Shown here piece after piece: positions 27,323 through 35,416 of a stretch of DNA of 64,000 bases (its first letter is position 1; each line of letters starts with the position of its first letter). Where the stretch lies: IMG/VR virus record IMGVR_UViG_3300033153_012477, positions 55,437-119,436 of that record, one strand, 5' to 3'. The notes under the pieces were generated by a model. It saw only the letters and a program-made list of their open reading frames with translations, was not told where the DNA came from and searched no databases. Both the position numbers and the translations under genes were made by a program. This DNA is from a virus (taxonomy: Duplodnaviria > Heunggongvirae > Uroviricota > Caudoviricetes).

Positions 27323-28319
27323 CGTTAAAGAAAAAAACCCTATTAAAAACATGGTCGCTTTTGGATCAGAAGAAAATGATCTTTTCTGCCTAGACTATCG
27401 ACTCACTACTAAGTGCAACTATAGTTGTTGGTACTGCACTGACATGCACAATAATAAGAAGAAGAATGGTCCTTTTGATATAACCAAAATACAGAGAATG
27501 ATAAAAAAGTTAGATAAAGATGTTCGTTTTTTCTTCTACGGGGGAGAGCCTTTGATTCACCCTGACTTCCTGGAAGCAGTTTGTGGAGTAATAGAAACGG
27601 TGAGTAACAACAGTATTATTGAAATTCAAACCAACCTTTCTTCAAAAAAAGAAAAGTTTAAAAGAATATGTAACGGAATAGACAACGCTAACAAAGACAG
27701 GTCCTTGCCCGTATTTTTTTTAGCATCATATCACTATGAAGAGTGTGATTTTAAAGACTTTGTATCTAATTGCAGTATCGCTAATAACCACGGGATGTTA
27801 GATCAAATAGCAGTAATGTATCAAGACCTGCATAAAGATGACATCATCAATAACTTGAAAATATTAAGAAAAGTATTTCCAAAGGCGACAGTAGAGCTTT
27901 TACCCACACTGTGTGGATCCGTGAAAGAAAACGCAGATAGACCTTACGAGGATATTGAAAAGTTCTATGATTGCAAAGAAGCTATGTGTCTTTCAAAGGA
28001 TAATTATTCTTTTATAAAAAGATTAAGAATTGATTATGAAGACGGAACACACAGGTTTACATCTTCTGGGGATATTTGGAGATACAGGCAAAACTCTTTT
28101 AAAGGTATGATGTGTGACGTTGGTAAGGAGAGAATAGTTATAGATAGTGACGGCGAGTGCTACAGGTGTTTCAATCAAATATTTGATGACGCTGTTAAAG
28201 CAGAATTTAATATCTTTCTAGATGATGACCCAATACCCTTTATAAAAGGGATGCGGTGTGTAGAGTGTGTCTATGACAAATGTTTCTTTGATTTTAATCA
28301 CGTTAGAAGAAAAATCTAA
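27315..28319 (+). CDS. Radical SAM enzyme; last gene of the operon
   Basis: 'LTTKCNYSCWYCTD' (CxxxCxxC), 'FYGGEPLIHP' and C-terminal Cys pairs (CYRCFNQ, CVECVYDKC). Confidence 0.65.
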   Translation: MIDVKEKNPIKNMVAFGSEENDLFCLDYRLTTKCNYSCWYCTDMHNNKKKNGPFDITKIQRMIKKLDKDVRFFFYGGEPLIHPDFLEAVCGVIETVSNNSIIEIQTNLSSKKEKFKRICNGIDNANKDRSLPVFFLASYHYEECDFKDFVSNCSIANNHGMLDQIAVMYQDLHKDDIINNLKILRKVFPKATVELLPTLCGSVKENADRPYEDIEKFYDCKEAMCLSKDNYSFIKRLRIDYEDGTHRFTSSGDIWRYRQNSFKGMMCDVGKERIVIDSDGECYRCFNQIFDDAVKAEFNIFLDDDPIPFIKGMRCVECVYDKCFFDFNHVRRKI

Positions 28320-28320
28320 T

Positions 28321-28641
28321 TTACTTGATAATACTTAAGGTAATGTCATGCTTAGTTTTTTTCTGATGAATAAGCAACTTCATTAAATTATCTATATCCT
28401 CATCTTTAAATATAAATTCATCAAAGTCCCCGTACTTACTTTTATACCCAAAAGCGTACTTTACCCCAACCCAAATTCTCTTGTACCAAGGAAGATAATT
28501 GGCTAGGTGGAAGTCAACACACAAATCCCCATCCTCAAGATCTAAGTGAAACTTTAATAGATGCTCTGGGGACATACATCTACACTCCATGTACTCTATG
28601 TTGTAGTTAGTTTCCCCAGTAGTGTACTTAATAAAAGCCAT
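28321..28641 (-). CDS. Hypothetical protein
   Basis: 106-aa ORF, convergent with the plus-strand operon. Confidence 0.4.
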   Translation of the reverse strand: MAFIKYTTGETNYNIEYMECRCMSPEHLLKFHLDLEDGDLCVDFHLANYLPWYKRIWVGVKYAFGYKSKYGDFDEFIFKDEDIDNLMKLLIHQKKTKHDITLSIIK

Positions 28642-28651
28642 AATCGCCTCG

Positions 28652-28885
28652 CTAATTTTCGGAAAGAATAAAATCCATTGAGTTAGGTATAGAACACATT
28701 ATACCGTCTTCTTCTACACCTATAAATTTTGGACATTTGTGTTTATATTGATCCATAGTAAAAGTATGATTAGTGGAATAGACACAGCAAGCTTTAGAGA
28801 AGGAGCAAAAGTGACATTGCCAGACAGTCATCCCACCTGAATCTATTCTAATGGCTTGTTTGAATAAAAACTTCTCATCAGACAT
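28652..28885 (-). CDS. Small Cys-rich hypothetical protein
   Basis: 77 aa with 'CHFCSFSKACCVY...CPKF', a possible zinc ribbon. Confidence 0.3.
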   Translation of the reverse strand: MSDEKFLFKQAIRIDSGGMTVWQCHFCSFSKACCVYSTNHTFTMDQYKHKCPKFIGVEEDGIMCSIPNSMDFILSEN

Positions 28886-29979
28886 TAGATTAAGTTCCTA
28901 TCCTTCCAAAACTCAAGAATAATTTTTCTTTGCAGCTTGTCTATCTCCTCATGATTAGGAGTATAAGGAAGTTTTGCTTTGTTTTCTTCATAAGCTATAT
29001 CGAAAAGAGGTTCTAGTTCCTTAGATTTTTCTAGTAAAAAATCAAGATCATATTTACCTGCTTTTATGTCCATCATAAATTGAATTTCGTCTTCAGGCAT
29101 AGGAAAAATAAGATTACCGTCTCTCAAAAGACGCAACCCTTCATAATAAAGTCTAAACAGATGTGCTGCAAACTTTACATCAAAACCATATTCCTTAACA
29201 TACTCTAACCTACCGCCATAAGTCTCTACTTCCTTATTCACATAGTTATAGATTCTCTGTACAGGCATCCCAAAGTTATAATCTTTATTATCAACTCGAA
29301 TAGCATCTGTATCTTCAGGAGTTCTTTTATACTCTATGAAATGGTACTTAGCTTTCATTCTTTTAAGAGAATGTACTCCAACCGTGTCTGTGTCTCGGTG
29401 GTACTTCTTATGCTCATGAGTTTCAGTTAGGTCTAAAGCTCCTATAGTAGTTTTACCTTGCTCTAATCCTTCTTTTAGGACTTCTCTGAAGGACTTTAAC
29501 TCTTCATATCTTTTCTTTTTAGTAACTAACTTGTGTTCTTGGCTTTTAGCGTAACCACTAAAACTGTGTTTTAATTTTAGGGATAAAAAGATGTCCTGGT
29601 TTTCTATGATCTGATTCCAATATCTATCTTCTTTAAACCTGAATTGATCATTGGGGATAAAGAACCACTCAACTTTATTAGGGTTGTTTTGTTGAGCAAG
29701 TGAAAAATATTTTCTCAAAGAATAAAGCTTACAATCAATATCTTCAGAAGTATTTCTAGATTTATCATCACCTGTAGAAAAGCTTACCTCATCACAAGAT
29801 TTATTTCCTAAAATGTACTCAGGAGTCTCAATGAATACCCCTTCATAATCCCAATCAGATGCAGGAGTGCTAGTCCCATATAGTTGAGAACCTGTCACAA
29901 ATAACCCAACACAGTTATCTAAAGCCATTTGCTGCTCTTCACAATTAATATTTTTTCTTAGTTTCTCTATAAAATCCAT
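28885..29979 (-). CDS. Pol-beta-superfamily nucleotidyltransferase (minimal NTase / possible CD-NTase-like)
   Basis: 'VTGSQLYGTSTPASDWDYEGVF' fits the hG[GS]-x9-13-[DE]h[DE]h nucleotidyltransferase active-site motif (GSxxxGTxxxxSDxD). Confidence 0.5.
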   Translation of the reverse strand: MDFIEKLRKNINCEEQQMALDNCVGLFVTGSQLYGTSTPASDWDYEGVFIETPEYILGNKSCDEVSFSTGDDKSRNTSEDIDCKLYSLRKYFSLAQQNNPNKVEWFFIPNDQFRFKEDRYWNQIIENQDIFLSLKLKHSFSGYAKSQEHKLVTKKKRYEELKSFREVLKEGLEQGKTTIGALDLTETHEHKKYHRDTDTVGVHSLKRMKAKYHFIEYKRTPEDTDAIRVDNKDYNFGMPVQRIYNYVNKEVETYGGRLEYVKEYGFDVKFAAHLFRLYYEGLRLLRDGNLIFPMPEDEIQFMMDIKAGKYDLDFLLEKSKELEPLFDIAYEENKAKLPYTPNHEEIDKLQRKIILEFWKDRNLI

Positions 29980-29981
29980 TA

Positions 29982-30683
29982 TCAGTCGTCCTCTTCAACC
30001 CAACACTTAAGGTCTTTATACACGAAGGCAAGTACTCCTGTCATGCTTCTCAGCTTTCTAGGCATATCCCCGTAATCATTAAACATAGTAACCCAATCAC
30101 TTAGTTGATATCCAATTATCTCATCAGGGTTATGATCTAATGGTTCAAAAGTAATATCTCTATCATCAGTAGCATCAGGATCCCAGTTACTCAAGTCTAA
30201 GGGTTCTTTCTTATTCTCGTCTTCTGAACTTTTGTCAGTCCCCGATTTTAGATATGTTGGAGTAAGACTTATGCCATAATACTCTAAACCAAACTCTACT
30301 AGCTCTGCTTGAGATTCTTCTGTTTTATCATCAATCTCTTCTAATGTTTTTAAATGATCTGTTTCTGTAGTCAATCTGCCTTGCCACTGCTTAACAGAAC
30401 TTTCCTTCCACTCAAGAGAATCAAAGCTGTTGTTATTCCCACTCATTCTTTTTTCTTTAGGAATCTTTGCTAGTTTATCATATTCTTCTTGGGAATCTTT
30501 TAATCTTTCCTCTGCATACTCTATATTATTTTTTATTGCTTCACCTAGATAGTACTTGCCAAAATAATCATACTCAAATTGGTTATAGAGAGTGTGTATA
30601 ACTTCTGATCTATTAGTTGAAGGTATCCCCACTACAAAACTTGCAGAACTGCTGTTGCTTACGAAACCTTTTCTGTAACGCAT
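29982..30683 (-). CDS. Member of the N-terminal 'GFVSNSSSSSF'-tag family (233 aa, acidic C-terminal domain)
   Basis: N-terminus 'MRYRKGFVSNSSSASFVVG'. Confidence 0.6.
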   Translation of the reverse strand: MRYRKGFVSNSSSASFVVGIPSTNRSEVIHTLYNQFEYDYFGKYYLGEAIKNNIEYAEERLKDSQEEYDKLAKIPKEKRMSGNNNSFDSLEWKESSVKQWQGRLTTETDHLKTLEEIDDKTEESQAELVEFGLEYYGISLTPTYLKSGTDKSSEDENKKEPLDLSNWDPDATDDRDITFEPLDHNPDEIIGYQLSDWVTMFNDYGDMPRKLRSMTGVLAFVYKDLKCWVEEDD

Positions 30684-30959
30684 CTAATACTCCCATGTAA
30701 CTACGCTGTTTGGTATTCCTATCTCTTCAAAATATTTATCCATATCGAAGTTATCCATACCTGTGTAGCCTTCAACTACCCCTTTATCAGTATCGATATG
30801 TATTGACCACGCACAAGAAAATCCTTCCTCTGTCCCACAATTTTGAGAAGTATAATCAGGACTCATGACTTGGTGTAATTGCTCTCCTGATAAGTCATGT
30901 AGTTTAATAACAAAACTACTAGAGGACGAATTTGAGATAAAACCAAAACGTTTTTTCAC
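30684..30959 (-). CDS. Member of the 'GFVSNSSSSSF'-tag family (91 aa)
   Basis: N-terminus 'MKKRFGFISNSSSSSFVIK'. Confidence 0.6.
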   Translation of the reverse strand: MKKRFGFISNSSSSSFVIKLHDLSGEQLHQVMSPDYTSQNCGTEEGFSCAWSIHIDTDKGVVEGYTGMDNFDMDKYFEEIGIPNSVVTWEY

Positions 30960-31216
30960 TATCCCTCCTCAAGATCATAATGGGCTTCTTTAATACCTAG
31001 CCCAGTCAACTGTTCTTCTAACCCACAGTGAAAACTAACAGATCCAAAAAAGTAATTAGTTGTTTCAGATATAAAATGGTCATCCATGTGTCTTTGCTCG
31101 TTGTGGATGTTAACCCAAGATGTAAAACCTATTATCTGTTCTAAAGTTAAATCTTTTTTAGGTAGGATAAAAGAACTACTACTTGAATTTGAAACGAACC
31201 CTAGTCTGTTTTTCAA
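30959..31216 (-). CDS. Member of the 'GFVSNSSSSSF'-tag family (85 aa)
   Basis: N-terminus 'MKNRLGFVSNSSSSSFILPK'. AAGGAGG ribosome-binding site upstream on the minus strand. Confidence 0.6.
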   Translation of the reverse strand: MKNRLGFVSNSSSSSFILPKKDLTLEQIIGFTSWVNIHNEQRHMDDHFISETTNYFFGSVSFHCGLEEQLTGLGIKEAHYDLEEG

Positions 31217-31228
31217 CCTATCCTCCTT

Positions 31229-31258
31229 GGTTTGAAAAGGGGAGACTCCTGTCTCCCC
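31229..31258 (-). terminator. Rho-independent terminator downstream of the flotillin gene (minus strand)
   Basis: Perfect hairpin GGGGAGAC-tcct-GTCTCCCC at 31239-31258. On the minus-strand transcript it is followed by UUUUCAAACC. It sits between the flotillin stop at 31275 and the next gene start at 31216. Confidence 0.6.
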
Positions 31259-31274
31259 TATATCAATAAATTAC

Positions 31275-32693
31275 TTACTGTACTTTACCGTCAGTCCCTT
31301 CAGGAATTTTATTTTCTACAAAGTTACCTAAAAACTTAGGACCGTCTACCCCTGCTGTTTCTAAAATTTCATGGAATGCAGGAAGAGCTTTAGACATAGA
31401 CTGTAGAAAGTTAGCTACGCCTGCTCCCTCACTATTACCACTATCCACAACAGTTACTTTATCAAATTTAATATTTGAAATTGCTTTTGCTTGAGATGCT
31501 ACAATTTCAGGAAGATTTTTAACGATATCCATAGTTGGGATAAGATGTTTTTGATCTTTACCCACAGTACTAAATAACTTTTGAAAACCTTCAGCTTTAG
31601 CTTTAAGAACTGCTTCAATACCTTTAGCTTCTGCTTCTTTCTCCATCAAAATTGCATCTGCTTTAGCTTTTGCTTTAATCAGGATTTGTTCAGCTTCTGC
31701 TTCTGCTTGGATAACTCTTTCTCTTTTCTGAATCTCTTGAGCAACAATGGTCTCTTTTTCAAGTCTTGCTGTCTCTTTTTCTTTCTCAGCAATTAAAATT
31801 GCCTTTTCAGCATTTGCTTTAGCTACATCTGATCTTTGATCTGCTTCCGCTTGTTTTTCAGCAAGAGTAGCGTTGTATTCAGCTTGTTTTGCCTTCGCTG
31901 TGTTTTCACCTTCTACTGCTTCAGCTTCAAGAGAAGAAACTCTAACTCTTTGCTCTTTTTGAGCCTTCATAGTACCTTGCTCTGTAATAGACTGCTGATC
32001 TGCAACAGCAACTCTCTGCTCTTGGTTTGCAGTAGCTACGCCAATCTGCCCATCTCGGTCTTGTTTAGAAACGTCGATATTTGCTCGGTTAACTGCTTCT
32101 GCGGCTGCCTTTCTACCGATAGCATCTATGTATCCCGACTCATCAGTAATGTCTGTAATATTCACGTTGATAATTTGAAGACCTAGCTTATTAAGCTCAG
32201 TATTCACATTCTTTTCAACAGCGTCCATAAAGCTATCCCGATCTCCATTTATTTCTTCGATGCTCATAGTAGCAATAGCTGCACGGAGCTGACCAAAAAT
32301 AACTTCTTCAGATTGTTGAGCAATAGCAGCTTGGTTCAAACCAATAAGTCTTTGAGCTGCTGAGTCCATAAGAGTTTGATTAGAAGATAAGGCTACAGTA
32401 AATGTAGAAGGAACATTAATTCTAATATTATTACGAGAGAGTGCTCCGCTTAAATTAATATCAACAGAAAAAGGTCTTAGAGGAAGCTTAGACCATTGTT
32501 GAATTAGAGGAAAAACAAAAGCTCCACCCCCATGTTGTGTCTTAGCAGACTTTTCTGCATCTTTTCCGAATAATTTACCACTAATAACAAGTATTTCTTC
32601 AGATCCGCACCTGACATACATGTTAGCAATGAATAAAAACACGAAAAGAATAATGACAATTGGAATCGCAATCGTTGCAATAGTTGCAAACAT
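31275..32693 (-). CDS. Flotillin-like SPFH/band-7 protein (FloT/YuaG-like)
   Basis: 472 aa with an N-terminal TM segment, an SPFH domain and a long Ala/Glu/Lys-rich coiled-coil ('EAEKAILIAEKEKETARLEKETIVAQEIQKRERVIQAEAEAEQ') typical of bacterial flotillins. Confidence 0.8.
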   Translation of the reverse strand: MFATIATIAIPIVIILFVFLFIANMYVRCGSEEILVISGKLFGKDAEKSAKTQHGGGAFVFPLIQQWSKLPLRPFSVDINLSGALSRNNIRINVPSTFTVALSSNQTLMDSAAQRLIGLNQAAIAQQSEEVIFGQLRAAIATMSIEEINGDRDSFMDAVEKNVNTELNKLGLQIINVNITDITDESGYIDAIGRKAAAEAVNRANIDVSKQDRDGQIGVATANQEQRVAVADQQSITEQGTMKAQKEQRVRVSSLEAEAVEGENTAKAKQAEYNATLAEKQAEADQRSDVAKANAEKAILIAEKEKETARLEKETIVAQEIQKRERVIQAEAEAEQILIKAKAKADAILMEKEAEAKGIEAVLKAKAEGFQKLFSTVGKDQKHLIPTMDIVKNLPEIVASQAKAISNIKFDKVTVVDSGNSEGAGVANFLQSMSKALPAFHEILETAGVDGPKFLGNFVENKIPEGTDGKVQ

Positions 32694-32703
32694 AAGAACC
32701 TCC

Positions 32704-33252
32704 TTAAGGTTGTTTGATTTCTTTTACTTTTACCACAGTATTAGTATCTATTTCTTTATCTTCTAAAATTTGTATTCTTTTAAATGAATCAATTAACTCA
32801 TCTGAAGTAGCTTTAATGTTATTGTTATTTACTGTAACTTCCCCAATACCGAAAGAAGGAATTTTTCTGTAAACTATCCCAACATCACCCTTGTATACTG
32901 AAGGAGGAGTTGGTTCATGTGCAAGCTTCTTAGCTAATCCTAAAGAAAAAGAGAAAAATAAAGAAGCAGCGGTACCTGCTCCAAAAGCAATCCCCATTGA
33001 TGGGTAAAATGAGATTCCCCACTCAGTTATAGAGGCAAACCCAAACCAACCAAATGCCATAAAGAAGCAAATAATTGCGTTTATAGAAAATGCCCCAAAA
33101 TCACCATCTGAATCTCCAGCATCTGCTGAAAAGTCGTGGTCACCTTCAAAGTCTCCACCTATAAACATCATAATTATTTTTATTAAAAATAATCCTGACG
33201 ATATACAAGCCATATAAAATAAAACATATTCTGCTTTTGTTGCAAATTCCAT
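32704..33252 (-). CDS. NfeD-like membrane protein (flotillin partner, YuaF-like)
   Basis: 182 aa with an N-terminal multi-TM region and a C-terminal beta-rich 'GDVGIVYRKIPSFGIGEVTVNN...' OB-fold-like tail. It lies immediately upstream of the flotillin gene, as in yuaF-yuaG operons. Confidence 0.5.
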   Translation of the reverse strand: MEFATKAEYVLFYMACISSGLFLIKIIMMFIGGDFEGDHDFSADAGDSDGDFGAFSINAIICFFMAFGWFGFASITEWGISFYPSMGIAFGAGTAASLFFSFSLGLAKKLAHEPTPPSVYKGDVGIVYRKIPSFGIGEVTVNNNNIKATSDELIDSFKRIQILEDKEIDTNTVVKVKEIKQP

Positions 33253-33261
33253 TGTTACCCC

Positions 33262-34884
33262 CTATTGTATCTTAAATTGTGTCTTATTTTTATTGAGGGT
33301 GTCAAATTGTTTTAACTCACCTTCAAATATCTCTCCAGACTCTCCATCTAGCGAGATCCAGTCCCCTTCTTGGAAGAGTTTGTCACCAATTTGCACTGTT
33401 TTGGTGACTGCGTCTATAAGTATTTTAGAGCCAACAACGCAACACAAGGAGGCACCTCGGCAAATCACAGCGGCGTGAGAAGTGGTTCCGCCTCTGGCGG
33501 TAAGAGTCCCTTCTGCAGCAAGTATTCCATCTAAATCGTGAGTATCCGTTTGCTCTCTAACCAGTATTACTTTTTGCTCTGCTTTTTTCACAGCATCTTT
33601 TGATTCAAACACTATTTTACCTGAAGCTAACCCAGTGGATGCTCCTAAACCAATAGACAAAAGTTTTCCTAGTCTTTCTGTTTCACAAGAAAAGTGGAAA
33701 TTTTTAACTTCTTCTAGTTTATACCTTTTGGTCCTTTCAAATAACTCGTCTTCAGAGATCAAACCTTCACGAAATAGGCTTCTCTGTATAACACTATTTG
33801 CTCTCGGAGTTGTTTTAGCAGTCCTAGCTTGAAGAATCCAAGGAGTATCATCCTCCACAGTAAACTCTATGTCTTGAACATCACCAAAATGCTTCTCTAG
33901 TTTTTTAGCGTAAAAAGATAATGATTTAAATAGATCAAGATTCTTTTCTTCTAGTGATAACATGTTAGATAACCTATCTGATTCAGAGTATCCTATTTTA
34001 TGAGCTATTTCTTTTGAAAAGTATAATGAGATTGGATCAGGAGTAATAAGCCCGCTAACTATATCCTCTCCTTGAGCTTTATAAAGATATTCTCCAGTAA
34101 TGTTTTTACTACCGTTCAAACAATCTCTAGAAAAGAGTACTCCAGTTAAAGATATATCGTTCTTGTTCCCATAAACCATCGCTTGTATACTAACAGCAGT
34201 GCCAATATCTTCAGAAATATTATTCATTTTACGATAAATCTTAGCTCGGTCACTATACCAACTGTTATAAACAGCTTTTATCGCTTCAGTTAATTGTTCA
34301 TGCCCATTAGACGGAAGTCTTTTTTCTTCATCTTTAATTATCTGCTTAAATTCTACGCATAAATTTTTTAAGTCGTCTATTGTAGGGGAGTCTAGCTCCT
34401 CTACCTTATCTTCAAATAATTCAGGAGCAATATTAAGCACTACTATAGAATAAGTTTGAATAAAGCGACGATAGCTGTCATAAACAAAATAGGGGTTTCC
34501 TGTTTTCTCAATAAGAGAGTCAAGAATATAATCATTTAACCCAAGATTAAGAACAGTATCCATCATACCAGGCATGGATACCTTAGCCCCCGATCTCACT
34601 GATAATAAGCACGGGTTAGTCTCACTAGCTAAACGTGTGCCTGTAATATCTTCTAAATTTTTTAAGGATTCATCGAATTGAGTGTTAAATTCAAATTTTT
34701 CACTGCTCTCAAATTTTTTAGATATAAAAAATTTTGATGATTCTGGAATTAGGGTAAATCCTGGAGGCACAGGTATGTCAAGGTTGCACATCTCCGCTAG
34801 ATTTGCTCCCTTGCCCCCAAGGATATCTCGCATATCTTTGGATCCTTCTGAATTACCTTGTTGGAAAGTGTATATATACTTCAT
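33262..34884 (-). CDS. PEP-utilizing-enzyme family protein: PPDK/PEP-synthase-like ATP-grasp N-domain plus phosphohistidine swivel domain, lacking the PEP/pyruvate TIM-barrel
   Basis: N-terminal 'RDILGGKGANLAEM' (GGKGANL nucleotide-binding signature of PPDK/PpsA). C-terminal 'TARGGTTSHAAVICRGASLCCVVG' is the PEP-utilizers mobile-domain phospho-His motif. At 540 aa it is too short to hold a PEP-binding domain. Confidence 0.7.
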   Translation of the reverse strand: MKYIYTFQQGNSEGSKDMRDILGGKGANLAEMCNLDIPVPPGFTLIPESSKFFISKKFESSEKFEFNTQFDESLKNLEDITGTRLASETNPCLLSVRSGAKVSMPGMMDTVLNLGLNDYILDSLIEKTGNPYFVYDSYRRFIQTYSIVVLNIAPELFEDKVEELDSPTIDDLKNLCVEFKQIIKDEEKRLPSNGHEQLTEAIKAVYNSWYSDRAKIYRKMNNISEDIGTAVSIQAMVYGNKNDISLTGVLFSRDCLNGSKNITGEYLYKAQGEDIVSGLITPDPISLYFSKEIAHKIGYSESDRLSNMLSLEEKNLDLFKSLSFYAKKLEKHFGDVQDIEFTVEDDTPWILQARTAKTTPRANSVIQRSLFREGLISEDELFERTKRYKLEEVKNFHFSCETERLGKLLSIGLGASTGLASGKIVFESKDAVKKAEQKVILVREQTDTHDLDGILAAEGTLTARGGTTSHAAVICRGASLCCVVGSKILIDAVTKTVQIGDKLFQEGDWISLDGESGEIFEGELKQFDTLNKNKTQFKIQ

Positions 34885-34887
34885 AAG

Positions 34888-35283
34888 CTAATAAGATTCC
34901 TCTTTGTAGATTATGATTTCTTCATCTTCATAATCTATTGTCATACCACACAGAGCTGTTTCTGCTCCACCATAGGAACCGCTATCTTCATCAGAAGCAG
35001 ACCCAGAATAAAAAGTGTACCCTTTATCAAAGATTTTCTTTTCAAGAGTACCTATATCATCCTCACTATCGAGATAGTGATCTTTAATGTGTTCTTCTTG
35101 AGTATAACTATCTGCTTCTAGCATCACTTCTGCCATTCTTTCGGAGAAAGAGTACAGAGGAGAGTCCTTTCCAACTCGAAATGCTTTCATTATCTTTTCT
35201 TTAGTTAAGCTTCCTTTCACACCTATAATGAAACTCGATGAACTTGAATTTGAAACAAAACAACCCCTAGTTTTCACACTCAC
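34888..35283 (-). CDS. Member of the 'GFVSNSSSSSF'-tag family (131 aa)
   Basis: N-terminus 'MSVKTRGCFVSNSSSSSFIIG'. Confidence 0.6.
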   Translation of the reverse strand: MSVKTRGCFVSNSSSSSFIIGVKGSLTKEKIMKAFRVGKDSPLYSFSERMAEVMLEADSYTQEEHIKDHYLDSEDDIGTLEKKIFDKGYTFYSGSASDEDSGSYGGAETALCGMTIDYEDEEIIIYKEESY

Positions 35284-35416
35284 TCCTTTTGCTCATTACG
35301 TTAATGATCTAGAATGTAGCAATGCTTGAATAGTTTGGAAAGATAAATCTATATAGACCTGAAAAGAATTTTTAGGTAAGCGTCAAATATATGGAATTAG
35401 TATCTATGTTGCAGTG

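Noticed and set aside
31581-32186. Plus-strand ORFs 31581-31796 and 31836-32186 inside the flotillin gene
   Set aside because: These are Phe/Ser/Cys-rich low-complexity antisense translations of the Ala/Glu/Lys coiled-coil coding region and are spurious.
33262-34884. Reading the PEP-utilizing ORF as a normal pyruvate phosphate dikinase or PEP synthase
   Set aside because: At 540 aa it cannot contain the roughly 350-residue PEP/pyruvate-binding TIM-barrel, and no such motif (for example the catalytic Cys-containing C-terminal region) is visible, so it is described as a truncated two-domain relative instead.
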